DNA from: Octopus bimaculoides | Lineage: Eukaryota | NCBI RefSeq assembly: GCF_001194135.2 | Contig: NC_068985.1 | Span: forward strand, 18,943,068 to 19,007,067 | Direction of reading: 5' to 3' | DNA: 64,000 bases | Shown here: in pieces, positions 1 to 11,105 of the stretch | How positions within the stretch are numbered: position 1 is the stretch's first letter | How the letters are laid out: every line of letters begins with the position of its first letter | Position numbers and translations under genes: made by a program | Notes under the pieces: model-generated | What the model was told of the DNA's origin: nothing | Database searches by the model: none | What the model saw: the letters and a program-made list of their open reading frames with translations, nothing else

Positions 1-60
1 AACTCCCAACCTCATGGTCATAAGTTCGACGCTCTAACTACTGAGCCATGCACCTTCACG
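1..60 (-). mobile_element. tRNA-derived SINE head (family F; relatives at 3050-3290 and 15345-15490)
   Basis: Reverse complement reads GGTGCATGGCTCAGTAGTTAGAGCG...GAGGTTGGGAGTT: pol III box A plus the start of box B, cut by the window edge. Confidence 0.55.
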
Positions 61-89
61 TGTGTGTGTATATATATATATATAAAAAA

Positions 90-227
90 CAGACTTCTAC
101 AGTTCTGTCCACCAAATCTATGCACAAGGCTTTGGCTGATCCAGGACTGTGGTAGAAGACATTTGCCCAAGATGCTGCGCAGTGGGGCTGAACCCAAGAC
201 CACATGGTTGGGAAGTAAGCTTCTTAA
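90..227 (-). mobile_element. tRNA/CORE-like SINE head (family A/B head)
   Basis: Reverse complement matches the head at 2370-2520 and 24660-24830 (CTTGGGCAAATGTCTT segment); runs into the N gap. Confidence 0.8.
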
Positions 228-885
228 NNNNNNNNNNNNNNNNNNNNNNNNNNNNNNNNNNNNNNNNNNNNNNNNNNNNNNNNNNNNNNNNNNNNNNNNN
301 NNNNNNNNNNNNNNNNNNNNNNNNNNNNNNNNNNNNNNNNNNNNNNNNNNNNNNNNNNNNNNNNNNNNNNNNNNNNNNNNNNNNNNNNNNNNNNNNNNNN
401 NNNNNNNNNNNNNNNNNNNNNNNNNNNNNNNNNNNNNNNNNNNNNNNNNNNNNNNNNNNNNNNNNNNNNNNNNNNNNNNNNNNNNNNNNNNNNNNNNNNN
501 NNNNNNNNNNNNNNNNNNNNNNNNNNNNNNNNNNNNNNNNNNNNNNNNNNNNNNNNNNNNNNNNNNNNNNNNNNNNNNNNNNNNNNNNNNNNNNNNNNNN
601 NNNNNNNNNNNNNNNNNNNNNNNNNNNNNNNNNNNNNNNNNNNNNNNNNNNNNNNNNNNNNNNNNNNNNNNNNNNNNNNNNNNNNNNNNNNNNNNNNNNN
701 NNNNNNNNNNNNNNNNNNNNNNNNNNNNNNNNNNNNNNNNNNNNNNNNNNNNNNNNNNNNNNNNNNNNNNNNNNNNNNNNNNNNNNNNNNNNNNNNNNNN
801 NNNNNNNNNNNNNNNNNNNNNNNNNNNNNNNNNNNNNNNNNNNNNNNNNNNNNNNNNNNNNNNNNNNNNNNNNNNNNNNNNNNNN
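228..885. other. Assembly gap (N run)
   Basis: N characters. Confidence 1.
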
Positions 886-1030
886 GTTAGGAAGGGCATC
901 CAGCTGTAGAAACTCTGCTAGATCAGATTGGAGCCTGATGTAGCCATCTGGTTCGCCAGTCCTCAGTCAAATCGTCCAACCCATGCTAGCATGGAAAGCG
1001 GACATTAAACAATGATGATGATGATGACTG
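886..1030 (+). mobile_element. RTE-type retroposon 3' tail ending in (ATG)n
   Basis: GTTAGGAAGGGCATCCAGCTGTAGAAA...CATGGAAAGCGGACATTAAACAATGATGATG; the same tail follows RTE RT coding sequence at 1860-2368, 4415-4930 and 20540-21070. Confidence 0.8.
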
Positions 1031-1089
1031 CACTGTGCGAAAGTACATTTATATGCATGTAGGCATCTCGAGAGTCATTCAGAAATTCT

Positions 1090-1391
1090 ATTAATTATCT
1101 TCTTGTTAGTCCACAGAAAAGACAGGGATTCCTTGGAACAGAGACGGCATCTCCTGGAAATTATATTGTATGGTTTCACATATCTTACTATGGACCAATT
1201 AATGCTGTACTTCGTTTTATCCTCCTTCAGTCACCATACAAAATCTGCCATTTGAGCGAGGTTGTTGCCAGTGCATCGAAGTTGGAGGAGTTACCAGTGT
1301 TGTGTATACCTGCTTCTTGTATATATTGGATTTTTTCACGGTACCCAGCCCTAGCTACAGCAGCATTATAGCAAGATGCATGGGATTTGAA

Positions 1392-1400
<9 letters not shown>
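1090..1400 (-). mobile_element. Penelope-like (Neptune-type) retroelement remnant, internally deleted
   Basis: Translates as KIFKSHASCYNAAVARAGYREKIQYIQE (RT-endonuclease linker-like) and, after a frameshift, FVW*LKEDKTKYSINWSIVRYVKPYNIISRRCRLCSKESL (C-terminal W..I.WSI...PY......C.LC segment typical of PLE GIY-YIG regions). Confidence 0.65.
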
Positions 1401-1428
<28 letters not shown>

Positions 1429-1509
1429 NNNNNNNNNNNNNNNNNNNNNNNNNNNNNNNNNNNNNNNNNNNNNNNNNNNNNNNNNNNNNNNNNNNNNNNN
1501 NNNNNNNNN
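1429..1509. other. Assembly gap inside (TA)n
   Basis: N characters with TA repeats on both sides. Confidence 1.
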
Positions 1510-1512
1510 CAC

Positions 1513-1546
<34 letters not shown>

Positions 1547-1649
1547 TTATGTATGTGTGTCCCACTACTGCTATATAGTTCACTGATACAGTTACACATG
1601 GAAAGTTGCATTTCATATAAAAAGAAATGTAAACATTATAACAACTTAC

Positions 1650-1721
1650 CAAAGTATCTTCTGTTGAAGGAGCAGCAACTCTGGAAGATTCCTGCTCATA
1701 CTGATCAAGAATGGATGACAT
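1650..1721 (-). CDS. Probable first coding exon of an unidentified host gene (whole exon 1650-1753); encodes MSSILDQYEQESSRVAAPSTEDTL, phase 0; the gene continues leftwards
   Basis: Acceptor ttttttgattatttcag at 1754 and donor TTG|gtaagt at 1649; ATG in AACATCATG context with in-frame TAA upstream; non-repetitive sequence. Confidence 0.55.
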
Positions 1722-1859
1722 GATGTTCAGATTAGAAAATACTTTTTATTAAGCTGAAATAATCAAAAAATAAAACAATATACTTTAGAAGGTAAGGTTA
1801 AACAAACCAAATTACATCTTAAAAACTTTGTGTATGTGTGTGTGTGTATGTGTGTAGAC

Positions 1860-2368
1860 TCAGGAAGACATGGGATGAGGTGGTGAAGCATGATCTTCAA
1901 ATGTTAGGCCTAACAGAGGTGATGACAAGTGAGTGAGACTTGCTGTGCTTGAGAAAACTCATCAAACAAAGCGAGGTTGTAGTCATGACTGTTGCCAGTG
2001 TCATGTGAATGACACCGGTGAAACTGCAATTGCAGCCATTGCCAGTAGAACAATCATTGAATGTTGGGCCTCACGGAGGCAATGACAAGTGACTGAGACC
2101 TTTGACGATATGCTATGCTTGAGAAGGCTTGTCAAGCCAAGTGAAATTGTAGTTGTGGCTGTTCCCAGTGTCATATAAATGGCACCCATGCCAGTGGCAC
2201 ATAAAAAGAACCCAATACACTCTTGGAGTGGTTGTCATTCGAAAGGCATCTAGCCGTAGAAACCATGCCAAATCAGACTGAAACCTGGTGCAGCCCTCCG
2301 GCTTACCAGTTCCAGTCAAACTGTCTAACCCATACCAACATGGAAAGCAGATGTTAAACAATGATGAT
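1860..2368 (+). mobile_element. RTE-clade LINE, 5'-truncated 3' end with duplicated UTR module
   Basis: RKTWDEVVKHDLQMLGLTEVMTSE* (RTE RT C-terminus); module repeated near 2060-2170; (ATG)n tail. Confidence 0.8.
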
Positions 2369-2369
2369 G

Positions 2370-2775
2370 GTGGTAAGTAGCTTGCTTACCAACCACATGG
2401 TTCCGGGTTCAGTCCCACTGCGTGACACCTTGGGCAAGTGTCTTCTACTATAGCCTCGGGCCGACCAAAGCCTTGTGAGTGGATTTGGTAGATGGAAACT
2501 GAAAGAAGCCCGTCATATATATGTATATATATATATATATGTATGTGTGTGTATATGTTTGTGTATCTGTGTTTGTCCCCCCAACATTGCTTGACAACCG
2601 ATGGTGGTGTGTTTACGTCTCCGTAACTTAGCGATTCGGCAAAAGCGACTGATAGAATAAGTACTAGGCTTCCAAAGAATAAGTCCTGAAGTCGATTTGC
2701 TCGACTAAAGGCGGTGCTCCAGCATGGCCGCAGTCAAATGACTGAAACAAGTAAAAGAGTAAAAGAGAGAGAGAG
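2370..2775 (+). mobile_element. SINE family A, well preserved (tRNA head, CORE-like segment, central microsatellite, GTAAAAGA tail)
   Basis: Box B GGTTCAGTCCC, CCTTGGGCAAGTGTCTT, central (TA)/(TG) tract, tail CAGTCAAATGACTGAAACAAGTAAAAGAGTAAAAG; many CpGs retained. Confidence 0.9.
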
Positions 2776-2784
2776 AGAGAGAGA

Positions 2785-2823
<39 letters not shown>

Positions 2824-3049
2824 CACACACACACATCTATGTACGTTAAATACATCCAAATATATACATTATATACATCATCCATACACTAGATTTCAGA
2901 TGCTCATTATTACATGACTATGAGAGGGATACAATTCAAGAAACAATACAAGGCATTGCATCTTTAGCAGAACCCAAACTGATCTAAATGAATAAAAGGA
3001 AAAAATGTCAATAGATTACAGTAATAAAACCGATAATCATCCAGTATAG

Positions 3050-3290
3050 TGGAGGTGCATGGCTTAGTGGTTAGGGTGTTGCACTCATGATAGTGATTGT
3101 GGTTTCGATTCCTGGACCGGGTGATGCATGGTGACTCTTGAGCGAAACGCTTCATTTAAGTTGCTCCAGTCCACTCAGCTGGCAAAAATGAGTAATCCAG
3201 CAACAGACCGGCATCCTGTCCAGTGCAGAATATATACATCAAAGAATCTAGGAAACTGGCCTTATGAGCCAATGGTTCAAAAAAGACTTT
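3050..3290 (+). mobile_element. tRNA-derived SINE family F
   Basis: Box A TGGCTTAGTGG, box B GGTTTCGATTCC, central CCAGTCCACTCAGCTGG segment. Confidence 0.75.
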
Positions 3291-3699
3291 TTTTTTTTTT
3301 GGTATGCATCAAAACACACTATTAATTCAAATTATGATAAATGGAAACAGAGTTTGCTTTTAGAAGTGCTGAGATGTACAGATAAGGAAATAATTTATTC
3401 TCAACTGCAGAATAATGCTGATAGAATAGCAGGAACAGGATAAAATATCCATATTTTGTGGAAATGGCCCTATAACCCTGATGACTATTTACACTTGCTA
3501 TTTTACTCATATGCATACTTGATCAACTACCTTCATCAAAGTCATACTCGTCACAGTATGGAGTATCAATAAGGAATTTTTATTTTTAATTAGGTTATTC
3601 AATGCAGTTGAAGGCTGTAAATATTAAAATGAAAATGAATTTATAAGCATTATATATCCATACAAGATTGTAGAAGAAATTTAACATGGCTCTATATGT

Positions 3700-3900
3700 G
3701 AATAGCATTGGTGCTGGTGCCATGTAAAAAGCATCTAGTATACTCTGTAAAATGGTTGGTGTTAGGAAGGGTAGCCAGCTGTAGAAACCAAGCCAGAACA
3801 AACTATGAAACCTTAGTGCAGCCCCTGGCTTTGCCATTTCTTGTCAAACCATCTAACCCATGCCAGCATGGAAAACAGATGTCAAATGTTGATGACAACA
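3700..3900 (+). mobile_element. RTE-type 3' tail
   Basis: Matches 886-1030 and 2200-2368. Confidence 0.75.
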
Positions 3901-3964
3901 TTGATGACATAATAAATCTTAAATATTTCAACGACATAAGTTTGCTAATATCATGCAAAAATTA

Positions 3965-4200
3965 CACTCCTCATCATCTTCAGCACTGAGTGAAATCTTC
4001 ATAATCATCAGAACGAAAGAAATCATTGTACAGTTCCTGTTCATTGTCCTTAACTGTAATCATAGAATGTATATTATCTGCTACTTCTTCATCATTATCT
4101 CAGAGATATTTGTCTTCTGAACCATCCAATGTTTTTTGAAAATTCCACATTTCTTGAATGATTTTGTCATAATGTAAGCTTTTAATAGTGAATGGAATTT
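3965..4200 (-). mobile_element. pogo/Tigger-like transposase C-terminal fragment
   Basis: KSFKKCGI, then after a frameshift TLDGSEDKYL*DND and an acidic tail; resembles the pogo-family C-terminal KSFKKCGIS..LDG.EDD motif. Confidence 0.55.
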
Positions 4201-4370
4201 GTGGAAGAGTGAACACAATAAAGACTTGAACAAAGTGGTGAAGAACAGATCTAAAGATGTTGCATCTCATTAGAGTCAATTGGTGATATGCAGTGTTGGA
4301 GAAAACTCAGTCACCTGTGCAAACATGGTGAATTGAATTGAACATTATAAATGAAGGTTGAGAACATATA

Positions 4371-4414
<44 letters not shown>

Positions 4415-4421
<7 letters not shown>

Positions 4422-5520
4422 TCATCATCATCATTTAATGTCTGGTATGGGTTGGATGGTTTGATCAAGTTGGGGAGCTGCACCAGATACCAGTCTGATT
4501 TGGTATGGTTTCTACGGCTGGATGCCCTAACACTAACCACTTTACAGAGTGTGCTGGGTGGTTTTATATAGCACTGCATGGGTGTTTTATGTGGCACCAC
4601 GAGTGTTTTTACATGACATCACATGGGTGTTTTAATGTGGCACCACACAGGTGCTTTTATGTGACACTGCATAGGTGCTTTTATGTGGCACCCCCATGAG
4701 TGCTTTTTATGTGGTACCAGCACAGGAGTCTTGCAGGTCAATCCTCACCACTAGGGGATCCAGCCTTAACACTTCTGTTGCAGAGTGTGGGTCTTCTTGA
4801 GTATAGCAAGGCACCAAATATCTTGGTCCTTTGTCATCTCGTCTGAAAGGTTCAGTGTCCTGAGGTCGTTCTTCAGTACTTCATCCCATATCTTCCTGGG
4901 TCTCCCACTTCCACATGCTCCATCTACTTTGAGATATGGCACTTCTTTATGGAGCTGTCAACACATACTCACACACAGTAAAGTTAATATCTGCTGCTTC
5001 CTTGCCTCTTCTGTATATTTTACATCCTCTTGTAACTCTATTGCACATCTTCTTATCACTTCTTGTAACTCATCTCTTTGTTATTCATGTCATTCATATA
5101 ACAATGGATGGTATGAAAGCTACACATGCTCATCAATACTCCTGTCTCATCACTCTACATATTTCACCCCTCACATGGCCTACACATAAGAGACTGGATC
5201 AGGCTTTTGTACCAATACACTTGACTTTCACCTTCCCTGAACTGTAGGTCATCTCTCACCCTTCCTTGAGCCACTTTTTATTGTCATCCATTATTTATTC
5301 TTGACACTGTCCATCTCTAATAGAACTCATCTCTCTACACACCATTTCACTCCAATCACTGTTTCAACCTTCAACCACCTATTCTGGTTTTTGCATCATT
5401 GCTTTCTCTCTCCTAATCACTTCCTAAGTTGCTTTGCCTTGAGTGAACATACATGTCTCAGAGAACTAAGCACTCTTTACTCCTACAGTTGACAAAACAA
5501 CCCCTCTCACATAGTTATCA
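4415..5520 (-). mobile_element. RTE-clade LINE 3' part (degenerate RT, UTR and tail)
   Basis: TCGSGRPRKIWDEVLKNDLRTLNLSDEMTKDQDIWCLAILKKTH at about 4790-4925; (CAT)n tail at 4420; upstream limit uncertain. Confidence 0.75.
4556..4723. repeat. Seven degenerate units of about 24 bp (RRGTGYTTTTAYGTGRCAC...) inside the RTE UTR
   Basis: Units start at 4556, 4580, 4601, 4625, 4649, 4673 and 4698. Confidence 0.85.
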
Positions 5521-6249
5521 AGATAACATGTATCTAGTGCACACTATAAGATTGTTGATCAATGAGCAGAGAAAGTGCAGGGTCAACAAGTCCCTTTAGA
5601 ATAGTCTCATTGGGAACATGATGACCTCTATGTTGTTGGTGTCATGATAAAATGCAAGATGAGTGGTAAACGTCAATAAAGAGTGACCATGGAAAGAGAG
5701 AAAGGGTGTGATGCTAAGTAGTAAAAAGGGTGATGGGAAGGGACATTGAATACAGGCAGACCTAATACCATCCCTCTATATAGGCATTATGATGACAAGA
5801 GGTACAATGAAAGAGGGACTGATAGTGCAGATTGAATATAGACAGAGCCAGTAACATCTCATTACAAAGGCAGCATGGTACAATGAACAGAGGGTGAGTG
5901 ATAGAGAAAGTGATGAAGGAAAAAAGCAGTAGATGGAAACTTATCAAGAATATAATGCACAAGAGACTTAAATGTAGATACATTTTACATTATAGCCTCC
6001 ATAACTACTGTAAAATTCTATTCATTTTTTTTGTACCAAACTCAAGATTAAGTTAGAAGTGTATGTAAAAAATAGTATTCTCCATTCTCATTTATTTAAA
6101 AAAAAGCACAATAGTATAATAAAGCTTTAATATTTAGTAACAATATTATACTGGTACAGAAAGATATTTATATGTATCATAAAATATACAATCTATTGTA
6201 TTCTTGTAAATATTCTGTGCTATAAATACAGTTATAAATACAATTTAAA

Positions 6250-7900
6250 ATCCTTTGGCATGGAAGTGGGTGTTGTTAGAGGGGAAATGAAAATGAAACT
6301 CCAGGACACACTACAGTATAGGTCAGAAGCTCAATCAGTACACACAGTAATAGCGCACTGGGAGATTCAAAGGTCAGATACAATTGAATGCTTTGCTGAT
6401 GTCATGTGTAATGATGCTGTCACTAAATTTCTTGTGAGTAGTGGCCCACTGATGAGTGATATAGAGGAGTAGATTTCCAATAGAGCTGACTTTATGAAAG
6501 CTGTACTGGTGGTCAACAAGGAGGGAAAAGGATTCAAAATGTTGGAGAAGGCTTTTGTTAATAACTATCTCCATCATTTTCATGATGTTAGAAATGATTG
6601 CAATAGGATAATGGTTGGCAGGGTGAAAAAGGTTTCCCTTCTTGGGAATGAAACATTTAGGGTGAGGGAGAGAGAAGGACTGAAGAGTTTAGTGAGTATG
6701 GAAGTGCATTTGGTGAGGACAGGACATATTGTTTAAGGGTAATGAAAAGGACATTGTCAGGATTGGTGACCTTGTTGATTTGGAGCAAATCGAGGCACTT
6801 CTGAATTTGGTATAAATGTGTACATGATGGTGATCCCGATAGAGTGGAAAGGGATAATTTTGGAGGGAATTCTTCTAGTGTGTGCATGCAGTGTGTTGTT
6901 GGACGCAAAGCTGGTATAAAAGGTGGAGCATTTTACTGCAAGAGACTTGCTTAGGGAATCATCATTATTGAAAAGTGGAGAGAAGGATGATTCTGCAAAG
7001 CTGACAGCAAGATCTTTTTGCAAGATACCAAAGGATTTGATTGTAGTTTGAGAGAGGGAAGAGCTTGTAGGCTGTGTGAAGCACCCTTTGAATTTTGGAT
7101 GCTGCTGCAATGCTGAGTAAGTCATCAAGTTTGTAAGAGTGAATGAATTTCTCTAGGTGTTGTAGGGTGTCCGTTAACTAAACTGAATGAACCATTTGGT
7201 GAATTTAAGGGTTATGAATTTTGGTTGTGAGTGAAATGTGGAGGAACCATAAAGGCTAGTTTCAGTCACCCATCTAGCCATCACTGACGGATAAGGGATG
7301 AAGAACATCTGCTGCCAGATATAGCTATCAGAAAACTGATGGAGCTCCAACTACCTGCATAAAGTGGCACAGGGTCTTGGAAGTGTTTGTAGGGGGGATG
7401 GAATTCTATAGTAAGTGAATGTGATGAGTAGTCACAATATGGTAGAGGTCTGATGGCAGAGGAATGAAGATTTAGTAGAGGCTGATTTCGGAGGTCAGAA
7501 AATGACAAAGGGTGTTTGGAGTGTTGGTATGTTGATCAGAGATGCATGAAGGGGATGAAACTAATTGATGTAGTATTGAATTTCGATACATCAATATGAG
7601 TGTGACAGCCAAGAAGAGTTGCTAGCACTGAAATCGTCAAAGACAATGACTTCAGATAGGAGTAATGTGAGGCAGGTGTTCTTGAAGCAGGTAGAAATGC
7701 CGAGAGGACTTTGATGAGCTGTTAAGAAAGTAGATATATTTAGAAGAGTGGGGAAGGAGACTCTGAGCCAGAGTAAGTGGAAGTCTTTGTTATTAATATT
7801 TAGATGATAGAGATGAATGGCAGGAAAAGTGGAGACCATATATTTGTTGACACTGCTTTTCAGAGCGAAGTTTGAGTTAAGAGTGTAGCATGGGCAAAAG
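6250..7900 (-). mobile_element. Degenerate APE-RT non-LTR retrotransposon (CR1/L2/Jockey-like group, clade not assigned)
   Basis: Endonuclease-like DFHLLWLRVSFPT...SEVIVFDDFSASNSSWL (7591-7839) and RT-like KMMEIVINKSLLQHFESFSLLVDHQYSF...DISKAFN (6374-6583). Confidence 0.8.
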
Positions 7901-8299
7901 AGATGGACTACAGATTATGAGTGAATGGTTTATGTATCAGAGATTAATAGTAAGTGTAGTTTATGTGTTTGTATGAGTGAAGCCTAGGTTGGACTGGAGT
8001 GCACAAATATTGGAGAAGGGAGAGTTGTCCAGTGGTTTTGGTTTCCCTCCTTTCTATCAAGCACTGAATATGAAGGACTGTATTATCAAATGTGTTACTC
8101 CATTTTCAAGGGGGTAAGGTGTAATTTTAAGGAGAACTGGATGTTACAGTCAGTTGAGTAACTTCATCAAATCTGAGAATTTGTGCATTTGGTGTTTTCT
8201 TTCCACCCAAAGGATGTGCCCATAACCCTAAATAGTAACAACTTTGACAGATTTAATGTATTAATTATAATGATATTGAACTTCTCACAGGATCAAGAA

Positions 8300-9950
8300 G
8301 AAAAAAAAAGTGCGAGATTTTTCCTAATTTATTTATGAGCATAGGAAAATGTCAAGCAAAAGTGGATCTGGTATGAATTTTTACATAAGCAGTAGTGTTG
8401 TAATTGAATAGAAGTCCCATTTAAGGGAGCTAACACTGCAGTAATTTGATTTGGCAATTCAATACGTGGTGAAAATGTTGAGATCGATGACTATTTACAA
8501 ATATCCTACTGAACGAGTAGTTATTGAGCAGTGTTCTTTTCGGAAAAATAGAACTTACAACAAAGAGAAACATTTTATGGACCTAGTAACTTGAGCTATT
8601 ATAAGCAAAAGGTGGCAAAAGTCAAAAATGTTATACTGTGATTCACTGCATTTGAGTCGTCTATGTGAAGAAATCTCACGACAAAGATGTATATATTTTA
8701 TGCATATCAATAACGACATTCATTCTTTACATTAAATAAAAGAATATAGTTTTAATCAGTGATACATGTAAGCAATTTACGAAAGATGGAGACACTAAAA
8801 TGTCAGCATACGTGCTTTATGTTATCTAACTTCAAGTCCTTTAAGTGTGTGCGTTGAACTGTGGCTAACTTTGCCTTTGGTTCATTAATACTGGATTAAG
8901 TAAGTATCAGTAATATACTGAGTCGAAATTTATCGACTATATACACCTTATAAAATTGGCTTTGTGTCTAGTTAAAAGAAGCCAATATATTGAATCATAA
9001 TATAGTGAATCGATAAGTTCAACGGCATTATTACAGATTAAATAATAATTTCAAACATACAAGAGAAACAAAGAGATAGATTTTTTTTTACAAAAATACT
9101 GTGCAGATCTTTAAAACATTGTTTATGGATGCACTTCGAAGCGGATGTCGTCGGTTAATTTCTCTTACATACTGAAAGGAAGAAACCTCTCCTTATTGAG
9201 ATTTTTTAATGATTCATTAATTTAAGTTTACAAAACAAATATCCACGTAATAATAATTAAGCTTTTAGATTTATTTCTTCCTCCTTCAGGTAGATTTCGA
9301 AGAAAAATTCACCGCAAGACATTACACAAATGCTATACATAAACAATGTACATGAGTTAATTACGAACCAAGGAGGAAGCGTCTACACGGTAGCTCAACC
9401 AGCAAGAAATAACAAAAAAATCTCACTTAAATTAGAATTTACTGCTTTTGGAATAAATTGGATGCTGTAGTCTTAGATACACTTAAGTCTGAGTATAAGA
9501 CGGGATGGTCATGACAGGAATACTTTTGATCATCAGTCAACTCAGAGCCGAACAACAGGAGTAATGTACAAAGGAAATTCAATACTAAATAGAGTATCGT
9601 TTTTGCGTAATTCTAACGAGTAAACAGAATATATAAAATAAATAAATGAAGGAATTGCGCAAAAAGGACAGAAGCAAGTGTACATAGCACCATGAATGAT
9701 GCCAAAACAAAACTTGTAAACGCCTACTAATGAATATGCGTATGTTTTCATATCAATAATAGTTGTTTAGGAAAAACTGATGTGTTCAACGAAATAAAGA
9801 AAAATATTACCTATAAATATGAATTCAATCTGTACAAAAAAAAATTAATTCAACAGTAGATCAGGTGAAAGAGAAGCACTAACTGTTACATTATTAGTCT
9901 TAAATTCACTAAATGTCTGCAACGCCATGATGTCTACTGAAGACTAAAGG
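8300..9950. promoter_or_regulatory. CpG-retaining block; candidate promoter region of the minus-strand gene, possibly bidirectional
   Basis: About 30 or more CG dinucleotides counted by eye in about 1.6 kb, against almost none in 5000-6300; mostly non-repetitive; lies upstream of the 1650-1753 exon. Confidence 0.4.
9440..9560 (+). mobile_element. Fragment of SINE-like family D (other fragments near 42090-42310, 42780-42990, 57640-57800, 58880-58960, 63790-63830)
   Basis: Shared motifs TTGGATGCTGTAGTCTTAGATAC / GGGATGGTCATG / TTTGATCAT, and GGAGATTTGGCTGYTRTTTCTAG in the relatives. Confidence 0.45.
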
Positions 9951-10494
9951 GAAATAATTCTCAAAACTGGTGAAATACTTTCTCTCTCTCTTTCTCTTTC
10001 TTTCTTTCTTTCTCTCTTTCTTTTTCTCGCTTTGGCATTTCCCAGAGCAATGGGACTGGAGATTGAAAATAGGGGCAGACAAATTGTCATGTTTAATAAA
10101 GACAGGTGGGTATTAAACTTGTCAAGCTTGTCCCAAGACCATGAAGTAAAAGATATTATATGGATGCAACCTCTATTCTGTTTTCTGATTAATAAGGAGT
10201 GGGTTAGGGGCACAGAAATTTTTGGGGAAGCTTTTTGGAGGGTCTGGTATTAGTTGGAGAACTACTCTCAGGTATGGGTTTTTTTTAAAACAACACTTCA
10301 GATTTATGGTAGAGGAGAAATGAAAACATGTAACTTCCACAACTGAAATAAAGTGACTACCAAAAATCAGAACCGATTCATCATCTTTGTGGTTGGTTTG
10401 TAAACATAGAAAATCAAGTGGGTTACCTATTTCACTCCCTGTATTGGAAATATGATATCAAACATAAAGATATTCAAGTTGTCAACATCATCAT

Positions 10495-10915
10495 CAACAT
10501 TATCATTTTAATGTCCACTTTTCCATGCTTGCATGAATTGGACGGAATTTATTGAGGCAGATTTTCTATGGCCGGATACCCTTCCAGTCACCAACCCCCA
10601 CCTGTTTCCAAGTAAGGTAATAATTCCCCATAGCCAGACATGTTTTTGCAGAGTAATGGAAATGACTGATACTGTTTGTATGACAGTGGGACTCATTTAC
10701 AGTTCTCACATGAAGTGATGTCAAGGACACACACACACAAATATATATATATATATATAAATATATGACAGGATTCTTTCCTGTTTCTGTCTACCAAATC
10801 CACTGACAAGATTTTCATCAGTTTGGAGTCACAGTAAACATTTATCCATGGTGTTATGCAGTAGGGCTAAATCCCAAACAATGTGGTTGAGAAACAAATT
10901 TCTCAACCATACACT
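10495..10915 (-). mobile_element. SINE family B (family A head, microsatellite, RTE-type tail)
   Basis: Minus strand: A-type head at 10910-10780, (TA)/(TG) tract, then GGAAACAGGTG...GGGTATCCGGCCATAGAAAATCTGCC...CATGGAAAAGTGGACATTAAAATGAT. Confidence 0.75.
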
Positions 10916-10916
10916 C

Positions 10917-11105
10917 ATCATCATCATCGTTTAACGTCCGCTTTCCATGCAAGCATGGGTTGGACAATTTGACTGAGGACTGGTGAACCAGATGGCTACA
11001 CCAGGCTCCAATCTGATTTGGCAGAGTTTCTACAGCTGGATGCCCTTCCTAATGCCAACCACTCCGAGAGTGTAGTGGATGCTTTTACGTGCCACCGGTA
11101 CGATG
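10917..11105 (-). mobile_element. Well-preserved RTE-type 3' tail
   Basis: CATCATCATCGTTTAACGTCCGCTTTCCATGC... with CpGs retained. Confidence 0.85.

Noticed and set aside
1227-1400. Second exon of the MSSILDQ gene
   Set aside because: All frames stop before a good donor, and the peptides fit a Penelope-like remnant better.
18-1611. Long ORFs in the track here and at 15457-16138 and 24655-25242
   Set aside because: They are made of N runs and (TA)n translated as X/IY.
2370-3130. Box A/box B sequences as tRNA genes (also 24660, 47320, 55670)
   Set aside because: They continue into SINE cores and tails, are multicopy and diverged, and I could not form a cloverleaf.
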